A stretch of DNA of 64,000 bases, taken from Sphagnum compactum (taxonomy: Eukaryota). The notes below the pieces were generated by a model, which saw only the letters and a list, made by a program, of their open reading frames with translations, had not been told where the DNA came from and made no database searches. The DNA is taken from the NCBI GenBank assembly GCA_965153455.1, contig OZ234494.1:6882001-6946000 (forward strand), read 5' to 3'. This document shows positions 38,416-50,680 of the stretch, piece after piece (within the stretch, counting starts at the first letter, position 1; every line of letters begins with the position of its first letter). Both the position numbers and the translations under genes were made by a program.

Positions 38416-40149
38416 GGGAAAATTTCACATGTATGGTCTTGTAGAATGTTAAGGATGAACATACAAAGATGAATGTTTTCAATACATTTTAGGAGATCCA
38501 ATGTACATACAAGAAAAAAGGTTTATCATACAATAGATAAAAGGACAAGAACTACTTTGATATGTAGACATGGTGTGATTTGGGCTCAAAAGATGATTGG
38601 AAATGCTTTAAGAAGAAATTCAACTCAATGAAACCAAACTTTACACATTTATTTTAAACAACAATTTCTTTTCATTAACTTCTTACACTAAAAATGCATG
38701 GACCTCACATACAAGGTCATTGGAAAACACAATCCTAATCCAATTGCATAAGGATGGGCAAGGTACTTCTAACTAGGAGTCTAAGATTGCCCTAATTTCT
38801 ATTATAAATGTTTCTTTTAATATGATTCATAATCCCTATCTAGTTTCAAGTTATTTATTTTCATTTTGTATTTTCTCTTGTGGTTGATGTCTATTGTGCT
38901 TATGAGGAACTAATCATGGACATTGGAGGTAGAAGAAAAATGAATTGTTGTGCTTTTGGATTACACCACCAACATTTCATTCTTGGTCATGAACTTTTCG
39001 CCTAGAGCTTGCTTTTCACTTAGAATAGTCATACGGTTAGGGTCAAAGGTAATAACAACAATGTTAGGTCCATTAAAACAAATATATTAGAAGAGCTAGG
39101 CCTAGGGGATTGGACAAACGACACATGGGATTGCATTCAATGAAACTTTTCTACCTATTCAACATGTTTATTGTGACATGTCCATCCATAGCTTTCAAAC
39201 ACTCATAAATTTATGGGTGAGATTTATTCACATGCATAGATTTTTTACCATTTAGATCTGCAATGCATGAGTTAATGAATTTTGAGTATTTTCATTATTG
39301 ACAATCCAATGAAATCAAAAATTAATATTTAATGAATTTGGGCATGTGCTTTTCATACCATTGGGCATCATCAATGAGTATGGTGTACCAAGGTAGTTTT
39401 GTGGTTTTCATACCTATGGTATTTGGGAGTTTTTTAATTTTTGAAAAAGCATTCATTGGAAATTCAAAAAAATCAAAAAACATATAATTACAATATGTGA
39501 TTAATGGCAGACACCGTGTGTTAGTAAGAGAGAAAAGACAAATGCTTTGATTAACATTCGCAAATAAAAACCTTTTAACAAAATGTTATTACCTTTTGTA
39601 AAGGGTGGCTTTTATGTTAATTGCTTCAATGTAAATTTAAAGTACGTAGGGCAATAATAGCAATTAAAATAAAAAATGTTTTATGAAGCTCCAAAAGATG
39701 AACTATTGCACACAGTAAAACATAGTGAACATATGAATAAATTTATGGGTGAGATTTATTCACATGCATATTTTGTGCACAACATTTTTTTAATCCATAT
39801 TTTTTTGGTTTTTTTGTTTGCATCATGTCTTTCATTTAATTTGTGCACATTTTTTACAAGCTTATCATTGTCAATGTTGTGCCAATCTACAAGTTTTAAT
39901 GGCTAATGAATTTGCATGATTTCATGTACACAAAGCTTAAGGTTAATGAAGATGAATAAATTCAATTTTGCACTTAGCTTGAGGGGAGGGGCAAGCACAA
40001 AGGTAGTTGGATAAGTTGTAATGAAAGAATTTGGCGACAATGAAAGCTCAACCATGCTCATATATGGCATAATTATTTTTGTGATGACCATGTTTATGAC
40101 AATCGTTTCTTTGGGCAATGATATAGGATGCAATGTACCCTTTTTGTCA

Positions 40150-41100
40150 CATGATGGATGTTGTTGCACATGATTCTTATTTCTAGCAAAAATGTGTTGC
40201 TTGCGACATTGTGGGTTTATCCTCAATTTGGAATTGCATTATTATAATTAAGATGTTAATTTATGGTGTAGTTGATGATCCATGTGATGAATATTGCAAG
40301 TTGGGAGAGTCAATTGCAGTGGAAGCACTGAATAAGTTTTGTAGAGCTATGAAGGAGTGTTTTGAATCTAGGTACCTTTGGTAGCCAAACAAGGTTAACA
40401 TTGATAGACAACTACAAATTAGTGTTGATTATGGCTTCCTAGGGATGTTTGCCAACTTAAATTGCATGCATTATGCTTGGAAAAATGGTCCAATGTCTTA
40501 GTAATATCAATTCAATAACAACATTATCCTAGAAGTGATTGCAATTTTGGCATGCACATTTCAATTTTCATAGGGGAATAATGATCTAAACATTCTTTTA
40601 TCATAGTCCTTTTGTTGTTAAATTTTTGCAAGGTGTTAGGTTTGATGTGAGATTTATGGTTAATGAGAATGAGTGTGCTCAATATTACTTGCTTGTTGAT
40701 AAAATATATCCACATTGGTCGATTGTTGTATAAACGATTCATAAACCCTAGGAAAGATATCACTTTGTTACTTCACATGAGTATTGCAAGAAAAATGTTG
40801 AACGTGCATTTGAAGTGTTGCAATTTCACTTTCACATTATTGCTAATCCTTGTTGGCAATGGGATCGAAATATCATCTCAAACATCTTGATGGCAATCAT
40901 GTTGCTTCACAACATGATTATAGAGGATGAATGTAGTGAAATTTACAACCTTCTGAACTTGTTAAAAACCTTCAAATCAAACATAGAATGAGTTTTACTA
41001 ATTTCACATAAGGTACACAACACATAAAAAATTAGATTAATTTATTGATTGAAGAATAACCTCATGGAACACTTATGGGCACTTAGAGGCAATAACCATA
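40150..41100 (+). mobile_element. Degenerate PIF/Harbinger DDE transposase
   Basis: HDSYF*QK..GLSS..IKMLIYGVVDDPCDEYCKLGES.A.EAL.KFC..F...YL..P..GFLGMFANLNCMHYAWKNGP; NDLNI; YYLLVDKIYPHW; KNVERAFEVLQ.HFHII; LLHNMIIEDE; LKNNLMEHLW. Multiple stops. Confidence 0.9.
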
Positions 41101-42699
41101 CATAAATAAAACTTGTTGTAATTTTTCCTACTATTCCTTTCTTTATTTTTTGAATGATTTTTTCTTTCAATTTAGTTTTATGTCATCCAATTTACAATGT
41201 TGGGAGCTTTAGTATTTCTAATTGTTATTGTAGGTGTAATTGCACTAGGTGTTGTGGTGGTCATTGATGTAATCAAAGTCGTAGTAGTAGTTTATGAAGT
41301 CAATGGATCTGATGTTGAAGATGCAACAATACAACATAGTTTGGGTTTTGTGATTTCCATTTGCACCTAAGTATTAGTTGAAAGGGACATATGTGATTAA
41401 TGATTACAAGTTGTTAAACCTATGTTATTTCACCCACCTAGTTGCAAAGGACAATGATGTGGCATTTAATTGCAAAGGCTAATCATATTTACCTAGCATT
41501 TTCTTATTATGTGATAATATTGAAATTCCATGTCAAAACTTTCCATGGTGTGTGACATGTAAAATGTAAAGTGACGTGGATGCCATGTCAACCTAATAAT
41601 TTTACTTGATTAGGTGTTATAAAAGACGTCTTCTTATAAAAGTGACATGTGTCAAAATATAATTCACACATTTTCAACTATGAATTGCACATGACCAAAA
41701 ACAAATTGCGTGTAAAATTCATTTGTCAACTTTTCATTGGATGTTATGTGTTGATAAGTATGTAAATGTTTGAGTCAATTCACTTTGCTAAAACATGGCA
41801 TATATATGATTACATGTTAAAAGCCTAAGTTAGTTAAACTAAACAACCAAACCTACCTAACCTAGGTCACTTAAGTTAAAAAATGGGTTAGGTGGGAGCC
41901 TAGGTGGCATAACCTACACATTTTAACTAATATTAACCATGTAGATTACCTAGTTTAAACTAAGGCAAATCTGTTGCAAAAATAAATATTTGAATTTTGA
42001 TTTCCTCACCGAGGGGCAAAGTCTCGACCATCACACCAATTTTTTAAAAACTTTAAACATCTTTTCAAACCTACTAAAGTGACTTATTTAACCCACCTTA
42101 AGCTACCCAAGTTATTGAAACACGTACCTAATGGTTAGTTAGTTGGCTATTTAGGCTACATAAAGGCTTACCTAGATGGGTCTACCTAGGGGTTGCCTAG
42201 GCTACCTATGAGTGATTTAAGGGCTGCCTAGCTATCTGTGGGTTACTTAAAGGTTACTTAAGTTATGCTACTTTGGGATTGTTTAAGTTACTTAAAGCCT
42301 ACCTAGGGGCCATTTAGGCTGTGTTTTCATTTGTGATATCTATGATGTCATGTGTGAATTTTCGATTAAATCACTAGTGATTTAAAGTTGCAACATTCAT
42401 CTAATAGTCACATATATTGTGTTTTGTTGAACCCATGTATTAAGGTTTCATTTGATAGTTTTCCACTTGGAGATGTAAACATTCATAGTTAGTTACACAA
42501 TGGGGATTAGTTGTTACCACTTGTCATGATTATATTGGTCAAAACAATGCCTCTTTGGGTTTTTTCCAAGTCATGAGTCTCATGTGCTTGGATTCACAAT
42601 GCCTTCTTGTTGATTTTATTGATTTCGTTTGGTCTTTCACCATTTTTGCACCTTGGGGGTATTTTGTAGGTGTGTTAGCATTGTAAATAGCTATGACAT

Positions 42700-43200
42700 C
42701 CAAAACCTTGATGTCAATTTTTTTCAAAGGAACACGATGTTTGCACTCTTGCTCATTGGTGTGACTTGTGGGGTTTAGTTTTTTCTATGGGGCCAATTTC
42801 TTCAAGTCATCACACACATCTTCACACCTAGGCATGAACCAATAATTGATGAGGGTGAAGTGTTTCAAGTGCTTCAACTTGTAAAGCTCCATTGCCTTTT
42901 TACAAAGTGTCTTCATGGGAGATCCTAGATTCATGCAACACAACCATAGATTGATAACACTTGCAAAACTTGACGATGTCATATTTTATGACCCCCCATT
43001 TTGTTTCCATGGATCTTGCAAGTATTTCAACACTAGCATGTTTGTTTTTGTTGTAGTCTTCAGACACCTTGTCCCAAATGTGTTGCTTCTATGACCATTC
43101 CCCATATTTGGGTCTTGGTTGATGCGCAAATAAATTACACCAAAGTTGATATTCTTCTTTAGCAACAATGTTTTCCGCCCCTTTTCATATGGAAGCTTGT
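42700..43200 (-). mobile_element. Degenerate Myb/SANT-like partner gene (ORF1) of the PIF/Harbinger element, convergent with the transposase
   Basis: Reading across frameshifts gives YLRINQDPNMGNGHRSNTF/WDKVSEDYNKNK..RSMETKWGVIKYDIVKFCKCY...AMELYKLKH..FTLINYW. Confidence 0.8.
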
Positions 43201-44361
43201 GAGATGGAGTCTAAAATCAATGCTGAAGGTGCTATTAATGCCATGGATGCTTGCATGATGTCACAAAAGTTGCCATGACAGTTGATTTGCGAGTCCTATA
43301 TTTTGCAACAATTTGCTGAATGAAAGAGAAAATCTGGTGAGGGTCAGCTTGGTTTTTAAAGGCTGAACTAAAAAATTAGTGGAGTAATTATTAGTGCTAA
43401 GTTACAGTTAGTGCAGGATTTTGAGTACCCAAGGGGAGATGCTCTTAGGATACAATGGTAGAATCATTATGTGATGAGCCACTTGTTTTCCTTAATTGAT
43501 TAGTCCTGGCCATACATAACCCCTAAACAACTCTTTTAAGTTTGGAACTTCCAGGGCAGAAAACACATGTACATATACCAGACACAAACCCTAAATCCCC
43601 ATTCCTGCTTCTAACCACATATTGACAAAAAACACATCACCTTGTGAGACATAACTTATCTTCATATTTGGGGGGGAGGAGGGGGAGAAATAATAAACAC
43701 TGTATGTTGGATATGTTAAATACCCACACAGGTCCAAATAGAGGGTGTGGGTGGATTTGCTCTAAGGCTAGCAATGGAGCAGGACAGAAAGGAGGGGGGG
43801 AGGGGAGAGGATTAGCATATGCCATTCCATTCACTTTTTTTCTATAAAAAAGAAAATTGAAAAAAATGGGAATTATTTTTTTAATAGTGAAAATTTGGCT
43901 AAGTTTGCTAAGTTTCTGGAAATATTTGTCAATTTTTTTAATAATCACAAAATTGAGGGAGGAAAAAAGAGGAAAAAAAGCCCCTATTTCCTTCTGTCCT
44001 GGCTTTTTGACCTTTACACACTGCCTGAAACTTATGCAACAAGTTCTGCATTCTAAATGTTAAAGAAAAATGCAAACAATGTGTGCTCCTGCGTCAGTCA
44101 CGATGATGGTTCTGCACCCCCCCTTTCATGGTTCTGCTCCCTTCATTATAGCAAATTGGAACCAACAAACAACAATAACAGTTTAAAACATTAGGAAATG
44201 TTGTATGAAGTTCCCAAAAAATGAACTCACATAATAATAATAATACCTGGCGAACATTCTTCAAAATGTGGGACCAAATGAAAAACTACTTTGTTGTTCT
44301 CAAGTCTCTCCCTTAATTAATAACACCATCTAGTAGACCATGCATGCTCCAAAGAGCAAAG

Positions 44362-45056
44362 CATTCCATGAAGTTCTCCCCAAAATGAACTCCCAAAACA
44401 TACATTCCATGAAGTTCTCACTCACAAAACATTCCATGAAGTTCTCCCCAAAATGAACTCCCAAAACATACATTCCATGAAGTTCTTACTCACAAAACAT
44501 TCCATGAAGTTCTCCCCAAAATGAACTCCCAAAACATACATTCCATGAAGTTCTCACTCACAAAACATTCCATGAAGTTCTCCCCAAAATGAACTCCCAA
44601 AACATACATTCCATGAAGTTCTCACTCACAAAACATTGCATGAAGTTCTCCCCAAAATGAACTCACAAAACATTCCATGAAGTTCTCTCCAAAATGAACT
44701 CCCAAAACATACATTCCATGAAGTTCTCCCCAAAATGAACTCACAAAACATTCCATGAAGTTCTCCAAAATGAACTCCCAAAACATACATTCCATGAAGT
44801 TCTCCCCAAAATGAACTCACAAAACATTCCATCAAGTTCTCTCCAAAATGAACTCCCAAAACATACATTCCATGAAGTTCTCTCCAAAATGAACTCCCAA
44901 AACATACATTCCATGAAGTTCTCCCCAAAATGAACTCCCAAAACATACATTCCATCAAGTTCTCTCCAAAATGAACTCCCAAAACATACATTCCACGAAG
45001 TTCTCCCCAAAATGAACTCACAAAACATTCCATCAAGTTCTCTCCAAAATGAACTC
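44362..45056 (+). repeat. Near-perfect minisatellite, 19 units with 41/27/37-bp variants
   Basis: Core CATTCCATGAAGTTCTC followed by one of three tails: CCCAAAATGAACTCCCAAAACATA (A), ACTCACAAAA (B) or CCCAAAATGAACTCACAAAA (C). Confidence 0.95.
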
Positions 45057-45292
45057 AGTCCCCCACCAGTGCACTGTGGAGGATGGATGGTTGGATGAAT
45101 ATGCTAAGTGGTCAAAAAACAGTTTTCTGTTGGGTTTGAGTTTCTCGGGTTAGCTAACCATCTCTGGCGGTTAGCGCAGTTACTTTTGGTTTTTGTTTTT
45201 GGGTAGGTAGTAAAAACAGCCCTTACCTATGAATATACCATCATCCAGTTACAGAGTATCTAGTTAACTATTTTCTTACCTCTCTACTTTTA

Positions 45293-45324
<32 letters not shown>

Positions 45325-45944
45325 GGACCTACTTTGGTCCAATCCCAGTGTGTGGATTACCTCTTCTAGTGTAGTTGCTGTGAGCTTAATTGGCCTCTTA
45401 TAGTGGCCATAGTAAATCTAAGAAAATGTTAGATTTGGACTCACAGACCCTGATTATATAGACCAAATTATAATTAATTAATAGTGTTACTAAATTGTTT
45501 AAGTTTTTCACTTTGAAAGGGAATTTTACTAAGCTTATTTTGTGAGAAAAGGTAAGAATAATGGTAAAGAAGGTGGAGGTTTATCAATTTAATAATCATT
45601 TTCATAAATATAATTTATCCTACTAGTTAAATTAAAATTAATTTTTATGATCATTTAGTGTCAATTTCAAAAGGAAGTTTTCAAAGGTTATGTGAGTTTA
45701 CGACTTCAAGCCATTCATGACTTGTGATCTTGCGTGCTCTAGAAACGAGTCTTCCAAGCCTAACTACTTTACTCCCTTTCACATTAAAAAATATGATCAT
45801 AAATAAAAATGAAAATGATAATGAATTTTTAAAAATGAACTTGAATTTGAAAGGGAAGTTTTCAAAGGTTGTATGAGAAAGAAATAAAGATAATGGTAAA
45901 GGAGGTGGCAAATTTTTTTAAAAAAAACATTTGTGAGTAGTTGG

Positions 45945-46780
45945 GTTGGTGATCATCCACAAGAAGACTTAGCCAAATTTGGCTACACATAATAGAAGAT
46001 AGTAGAATATTTTAGGTTTTATGTTATAAATTGGAGACATGCTACAACTTAGGGTGGTAAAAATGGCGACTTCAAAAAACAATTCCTCATAATGTGTTGA
46101 CAAAGTGCAAATTTTTCTCAAAAGAAAGGCTTTCTACTTCTGGCAAGCCCTTTTTTTTTGGTTGCTAGGATGCGAACTTTCACCCCCAAAAATTCATGGA
46201 AAGAGGTGGTGGTAAAGTTAATGTGCTTTTGCATATCCATGTATGTTGGTAAGGGAAAGGAAAGAGGTAGTTAGGCTTGGAAAATTACATTTTGAAAACA
46301 CCCAAGATAATGTCATGAGTAGCTTCAATCCATAAATTGAAAGAACATGCCAAACTAAATATACATTTTATTTAATTAACCTGAGTTTCATGTTTGAAAT
46401 AAATATTTTTTATAAAATTTCCTTATATGTTGAGTGTTTTTATCCCCATGAAACTACATGGAGCTCTATCCACATGCATTTGGAGAATTACAATGCTATA
46501 ATTTTATTTTTTCTAAATTAGTTGATGTGGCAATCATCATCCATAAGATGAATTAACTAGATTTGACTATAGAAAAACTATAAAAGTGACATTTAAGCAT
46601 CCTTCTTAAATTTGGCTACCTACTAGTATTTCATATAAAGTCTTGGGATTTCTCATTTTTAGAATTTCTTTACAAAAATTGGTGACTAAAAACTCAAAAA
46701 AAAACACACACACACATTTCTTTTGCCATTTGAAAAAGAATTGCCATCTTGTGAAAATTCATCCCAAAAAAGACACGCTT
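45945..46780 (+). repeat. Two degenerate copies of a dispersed repeat; a third copy lies at about 14825-14965
   Basis: The core GATCATCCA(C/T)AAGA(A/T)GA.TTAGCCAAATTTGGCTAC is at ~45950, with diverged versions at ~46530 and ~14870. Confidence 0.6.
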
Positions 46781-46958
46781 AGGTTACAAGTAGGGTTAAA
46801 CAAAGAATTGAAGATTTAAAAAATAAAATTGAATCATTTTTATTAGAGGTGTTAAATAGAACATCAAAGATGAAAAATCCATTTTGAATCGTTTTTATTG
46901 AACAGCAGCAAGATTTGCATTATCCTATTGCAAGATTTAATAAAAAAAAAAACCATTA

Positions 46959-47096
46959 CAACAAAATGTGTCTTTGTTCACCAAGTGTTTTCATTGTATT
47001 TTGAGTGAATTCACTAATTTCACTAAAGGGGCCCCATTGAGGAATTAGTGGATTCGCTAGTTCACAAGATTAATGAATTTCACCCACATTTTGTAG
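46959..47096. mobile_element. MITE, Tc1/mariner (Stowaway)-like, 138 bp
   Basis: TA|CAACAAAATGTG...CACATTTTGTAG|TA, an 11/12 TIR with TA on both sides. A second copy is at 53779-53920. Confidence 0.75.
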
Positions 47097-50000
47097 TAGG
47101 GAGAAGTTTTTAAATTAAATTTTAATTTTAGACATGCTGAAATTTTCGAAAAATAATTTCTCTGAAAGAAAATATTTGGTTGTGTGAATGAAGACGAAGC
47201 AATCTTTTGAAATATTTTGAGAATATTTGTATTCGTCGAAATGGAATTTGAATAATTAATTAATTAATTATTCATTAGAGACCCAATGAACCTGCTATGC
47301 AACTACGCTATATATTAGGTACAAAGAATTTTTTCTGTTTTGACACCAGCCAAAGGCAATTTGTTGACAGGAATATGGATGCATGAATGGTGGATGGATG
47401 AACAATGTGATATAGAGCTAAATTCTGTGGACAAAATGGATGAGAAATAAGGGATGTATTTTAGCCTGACACAAACGGTAGGCCAAAACAAAGAATTCTT
47501 CTTTTCCGACACTAGCCAGAGGCATTGACAGCAAATAATATATATGGATGAAAGCCGGATGGATGAAACATGCAATCCATAGCTAAATTGCTTTGGACAA
47601 AATGGATAAGAAGCAAGGGACAGCAATTTTTTTCTTTTTCAACACGGATGACTGCTGGACGGATGAATGAATGATGCGATCTGTAGCTAGTTGCTTTGAA
47701 AAAAATGGATGAGAAAAAGGGGATGTAAAATACGAAGGTAGGTGGATGAAAGGGGATGTCGTTCCTAAGGTAGCCGGTGTTGCGGGCAGTGCGAGCGAGA
47801 GCGCGGCGCAATCCGCGTCAGTGAGGAATTCTTTCCTCTCTTTCTTCTCCTTCTTCTACTACTTGTGGCAGCCAGCCAGCTCTAAAAGCAAAGCACCCAT
47901 TTTTGCGGTTGTAAGTATCATCGGAGATCATTGCTGCCCAGTGCCGCTACTGCCAGAAGGAGAAAAGCAGGATGCAGGATTGGATGCGATCTGCCGCGTT
48001 CTTCCACTACCGCACATTCTCCACCTTCCTGCTCAGGATCATCTACCTTCACCTCCCCATCCATCATAGGCTAGGCTAGGTACTATTGAAAATCCTCAGC
48101 TGCGGCTCAGTCAGTCCCGAAAAAGATGCACCACCCGCACACCCAACACTAAATAATCTCTGCCACAAACTCAAAACAACTCAGCTGCTTCTATTTGTTG
48201 CACAACTGGCGGTCGTTGCAACCAACGCAATAATTTAGACTTCATTCAACAAGTGAGAGAGAGAGAGAGAGTGTGTGTGTGAAAGAAAGAGAGATAGAGA
48301 AAGTTGAGAATCTCAAAACTTAAGTGTAGGGTAAGGTCCAAGGCCCAGGGTATTATAGTGTAGGGTAACGCCTGAGGCTGCAAGCATTCTCCAACTAAGG
48401 GCCCATGTGAGCTACAGCCAAGGCACGCCTGATTCCAGCAAGCCTGCTGCGCTTGAGGGCGTTTTGCTCAGTTTGGAATCTTGTTCAAAGATTACACTCA
48501 TGATCATGAAATTTTAATTTAAAGATTAATTTAACTAGTAAAGTGCATTCCATAATTTTAAAAATGATTATAAAATTTATATTGATAAAAAAACTTACAA
48601 AATACTCCTCATGTAAAATGATTTAAATTATATTACAATACTTTCTTTGCCATTGTAATTGTTTAATTATAATATTTTATCCATTTTATTCCTTCATTTA
48701 CTTATAATAAGTAAATAATCTCATTATAAATTATAATCTCATTATAAATAATCTCCTATAATTATAGAAATTTTGAATTGACACTATATAAACTTCCATT
48801 AATCTAGTGTTTTTTCCCCTGACCATGTGGTTCTAGTTGACAAACATTTCAAAACAAAATGTCCTTCCTTAAAAGAGGTAAGATACCTCCTGTGTTGTGG
48901 GGTTCATCTTACTTTTCATAAGAGTTCCTCCAAATACACTTATTTTAGAAGGTGGAAAATTAAATTCTTATATGAAGCCCAAGAGATTGAAATTTAGGGT
49001 AAAATCCCATGGCATAGGGGGGGCGGGCGGATTCCCAAAATAAGGTGTGGAGGGCCTAGCCTGATGAGATGGTAGCCCAATCCGACCTTGCATTTTGGGA
49101 ATGTAAGTCCCCCTCCCCCTGGGCATTATGCAACATAAGACATGAGATGAATATTTTGATAACATTCGGAGATCACAACACATTAAGAATGGGAGGGATC
49201 TTACCTCTTGTTGTTGAGGAGGGGGATTGACCGTACACTTGTAAGTAATGCATAAAAGCTTTGCGAGATTTTTCTGGTATAGTTGGAGGGCACCATATAT
49301 AGCCCATAACATTCCCTATGCAAAGGGTGGGTGTTTTGAAAAACATGCGTTTACTTATTCATGTGATACCCAATCGGGAAAATTTTTTAAAAAAAAATCC
49401 TGCAAGTTTTCTACTAGTGTGAGGATATCTTGTTTGTAGTGTTAAATCATGGGGTTCATGTTAAGTTCTTGCAAGCTCAACTTGAGTTGACACCCTTTTG
49501 TTGGAATCAACATAAGAACCAGACTGTGAAATTAGCCTTTTGCTAGATCCAAATGAAAACCAAAGATTTTCATAGAGCCCATTTCTAGGTCTTCTCACTC
49601 ACAGCCCAGCCACGGCATAGCTACGATCTTTACTCATGGTAGAGCCCTCGAATGTGGAATTTACCAAAATCAGGCCCTGTGCTCAGCTCCGCCTTGCACA
49701 AGCCCTTATTCCAGTAAAGCATCTATCTGTGCATGGGCTTTAGCTGAATGGGGCCTGTGATCAGCTTGGCATTGAGTGTTTCATTGGCAATAAAAGAATT
49801 CCAGGAAATATGTTCACTATAAAAATGAAAAAATTGCACAATTTTATTCATTGTGTTCATAGTTTTAAAATAGAATAAAAATTTCAAAGAAATGATGCAA
49901 TATTAGCATTATTCCAGAAGTAATAATACCAGGAAAAAGCCCTTTTTCTTATTATTACAGGGAGACTGTTTCAACAGGTAATGGTATTCTGAGTGAGAAT

Positions 50001-50495
50001 CATGGTTGAAGGTAAATTACAAGAAGCTGCTGGTGGCTCATTCATGATGATGATAGTTGGCTCAGTGGGTGTCTTGTTTTTGGACCATTGCAATGGTATC
50101 ACAATCAAGCAGATTCATGTGTCTAGCTTTCTGCTCTATACAGCCTCCTAAAGCTCGGACAAAAGCAACAGTAAAGTGTAATGATACTGACAAAGTAACT
50201 TGCAATTTGGGAACATATTTGGTTCTCTTTCGTTGTTGGGAAGCAAAAACCTTGTTGTATTATGAGTGTGCCAGGGACAGGTACAGGCCATTGTGCGGGG
50301 TGAGGTGCCTGGCTGGGAGGATTTTGGGCTAGCCTGGAAGGAAGGGGGTGAGCCTGAATTTTAGAACATGTAGAAGCAAAAGAGGTACACTTGTCTGTAC
50401 CTCATCATAAACTTGTCCCTCTCCATGTATGTGTTTTCATGATAATTTGATAATTTGTTCAAAATTAAGTGTTAATACAATCATTGATAGCATTG

Positions 50496-50680
50496 TAAGA
50501 TAGTATGGGTGAGCCTAGTACGATGAGCTTGAATTTCCAAACAAGCACAATGGCTTGTACACAATGTGACACATTTGTTGATGGTTTTAAGATAGTATGG
50601 GTGAGCCTAGTATGACAAGCTTGAATTTCCAAACAAGCACAATGGCTAGTACACAATGTGACACATTTGTTGATGGTTTT
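50496..50680 (+). repeat. 92-bp tandem duplication
   Basis: TAAGATAGTATGGGTGAGCCTAGTA...GACACATTTGTTGATGGTTTT starts at 50496 and again at 50588, with few mismatches. Confidence 0.92.

Noticed and set aside
41430-42380. Third CACTA-like insertion between the PIF genes
   Set aside because: The internal motifs are similar, but no matching CACTA/TAGTG termini or TSD could be identified.
44362-45056. CRISPR array, or the ORFs 44626-45036 and 44741-45028
   Set aside because: The inter-core sequences are three recurring variants rather than unique spacers. The ORFs are periodic translations of the minisatellite.
49950-50340. Possible micro-exon (49961-49977) and small ORFs
   Set aside because: No coherent multi-exon frame or recognisable motif could be assembled.
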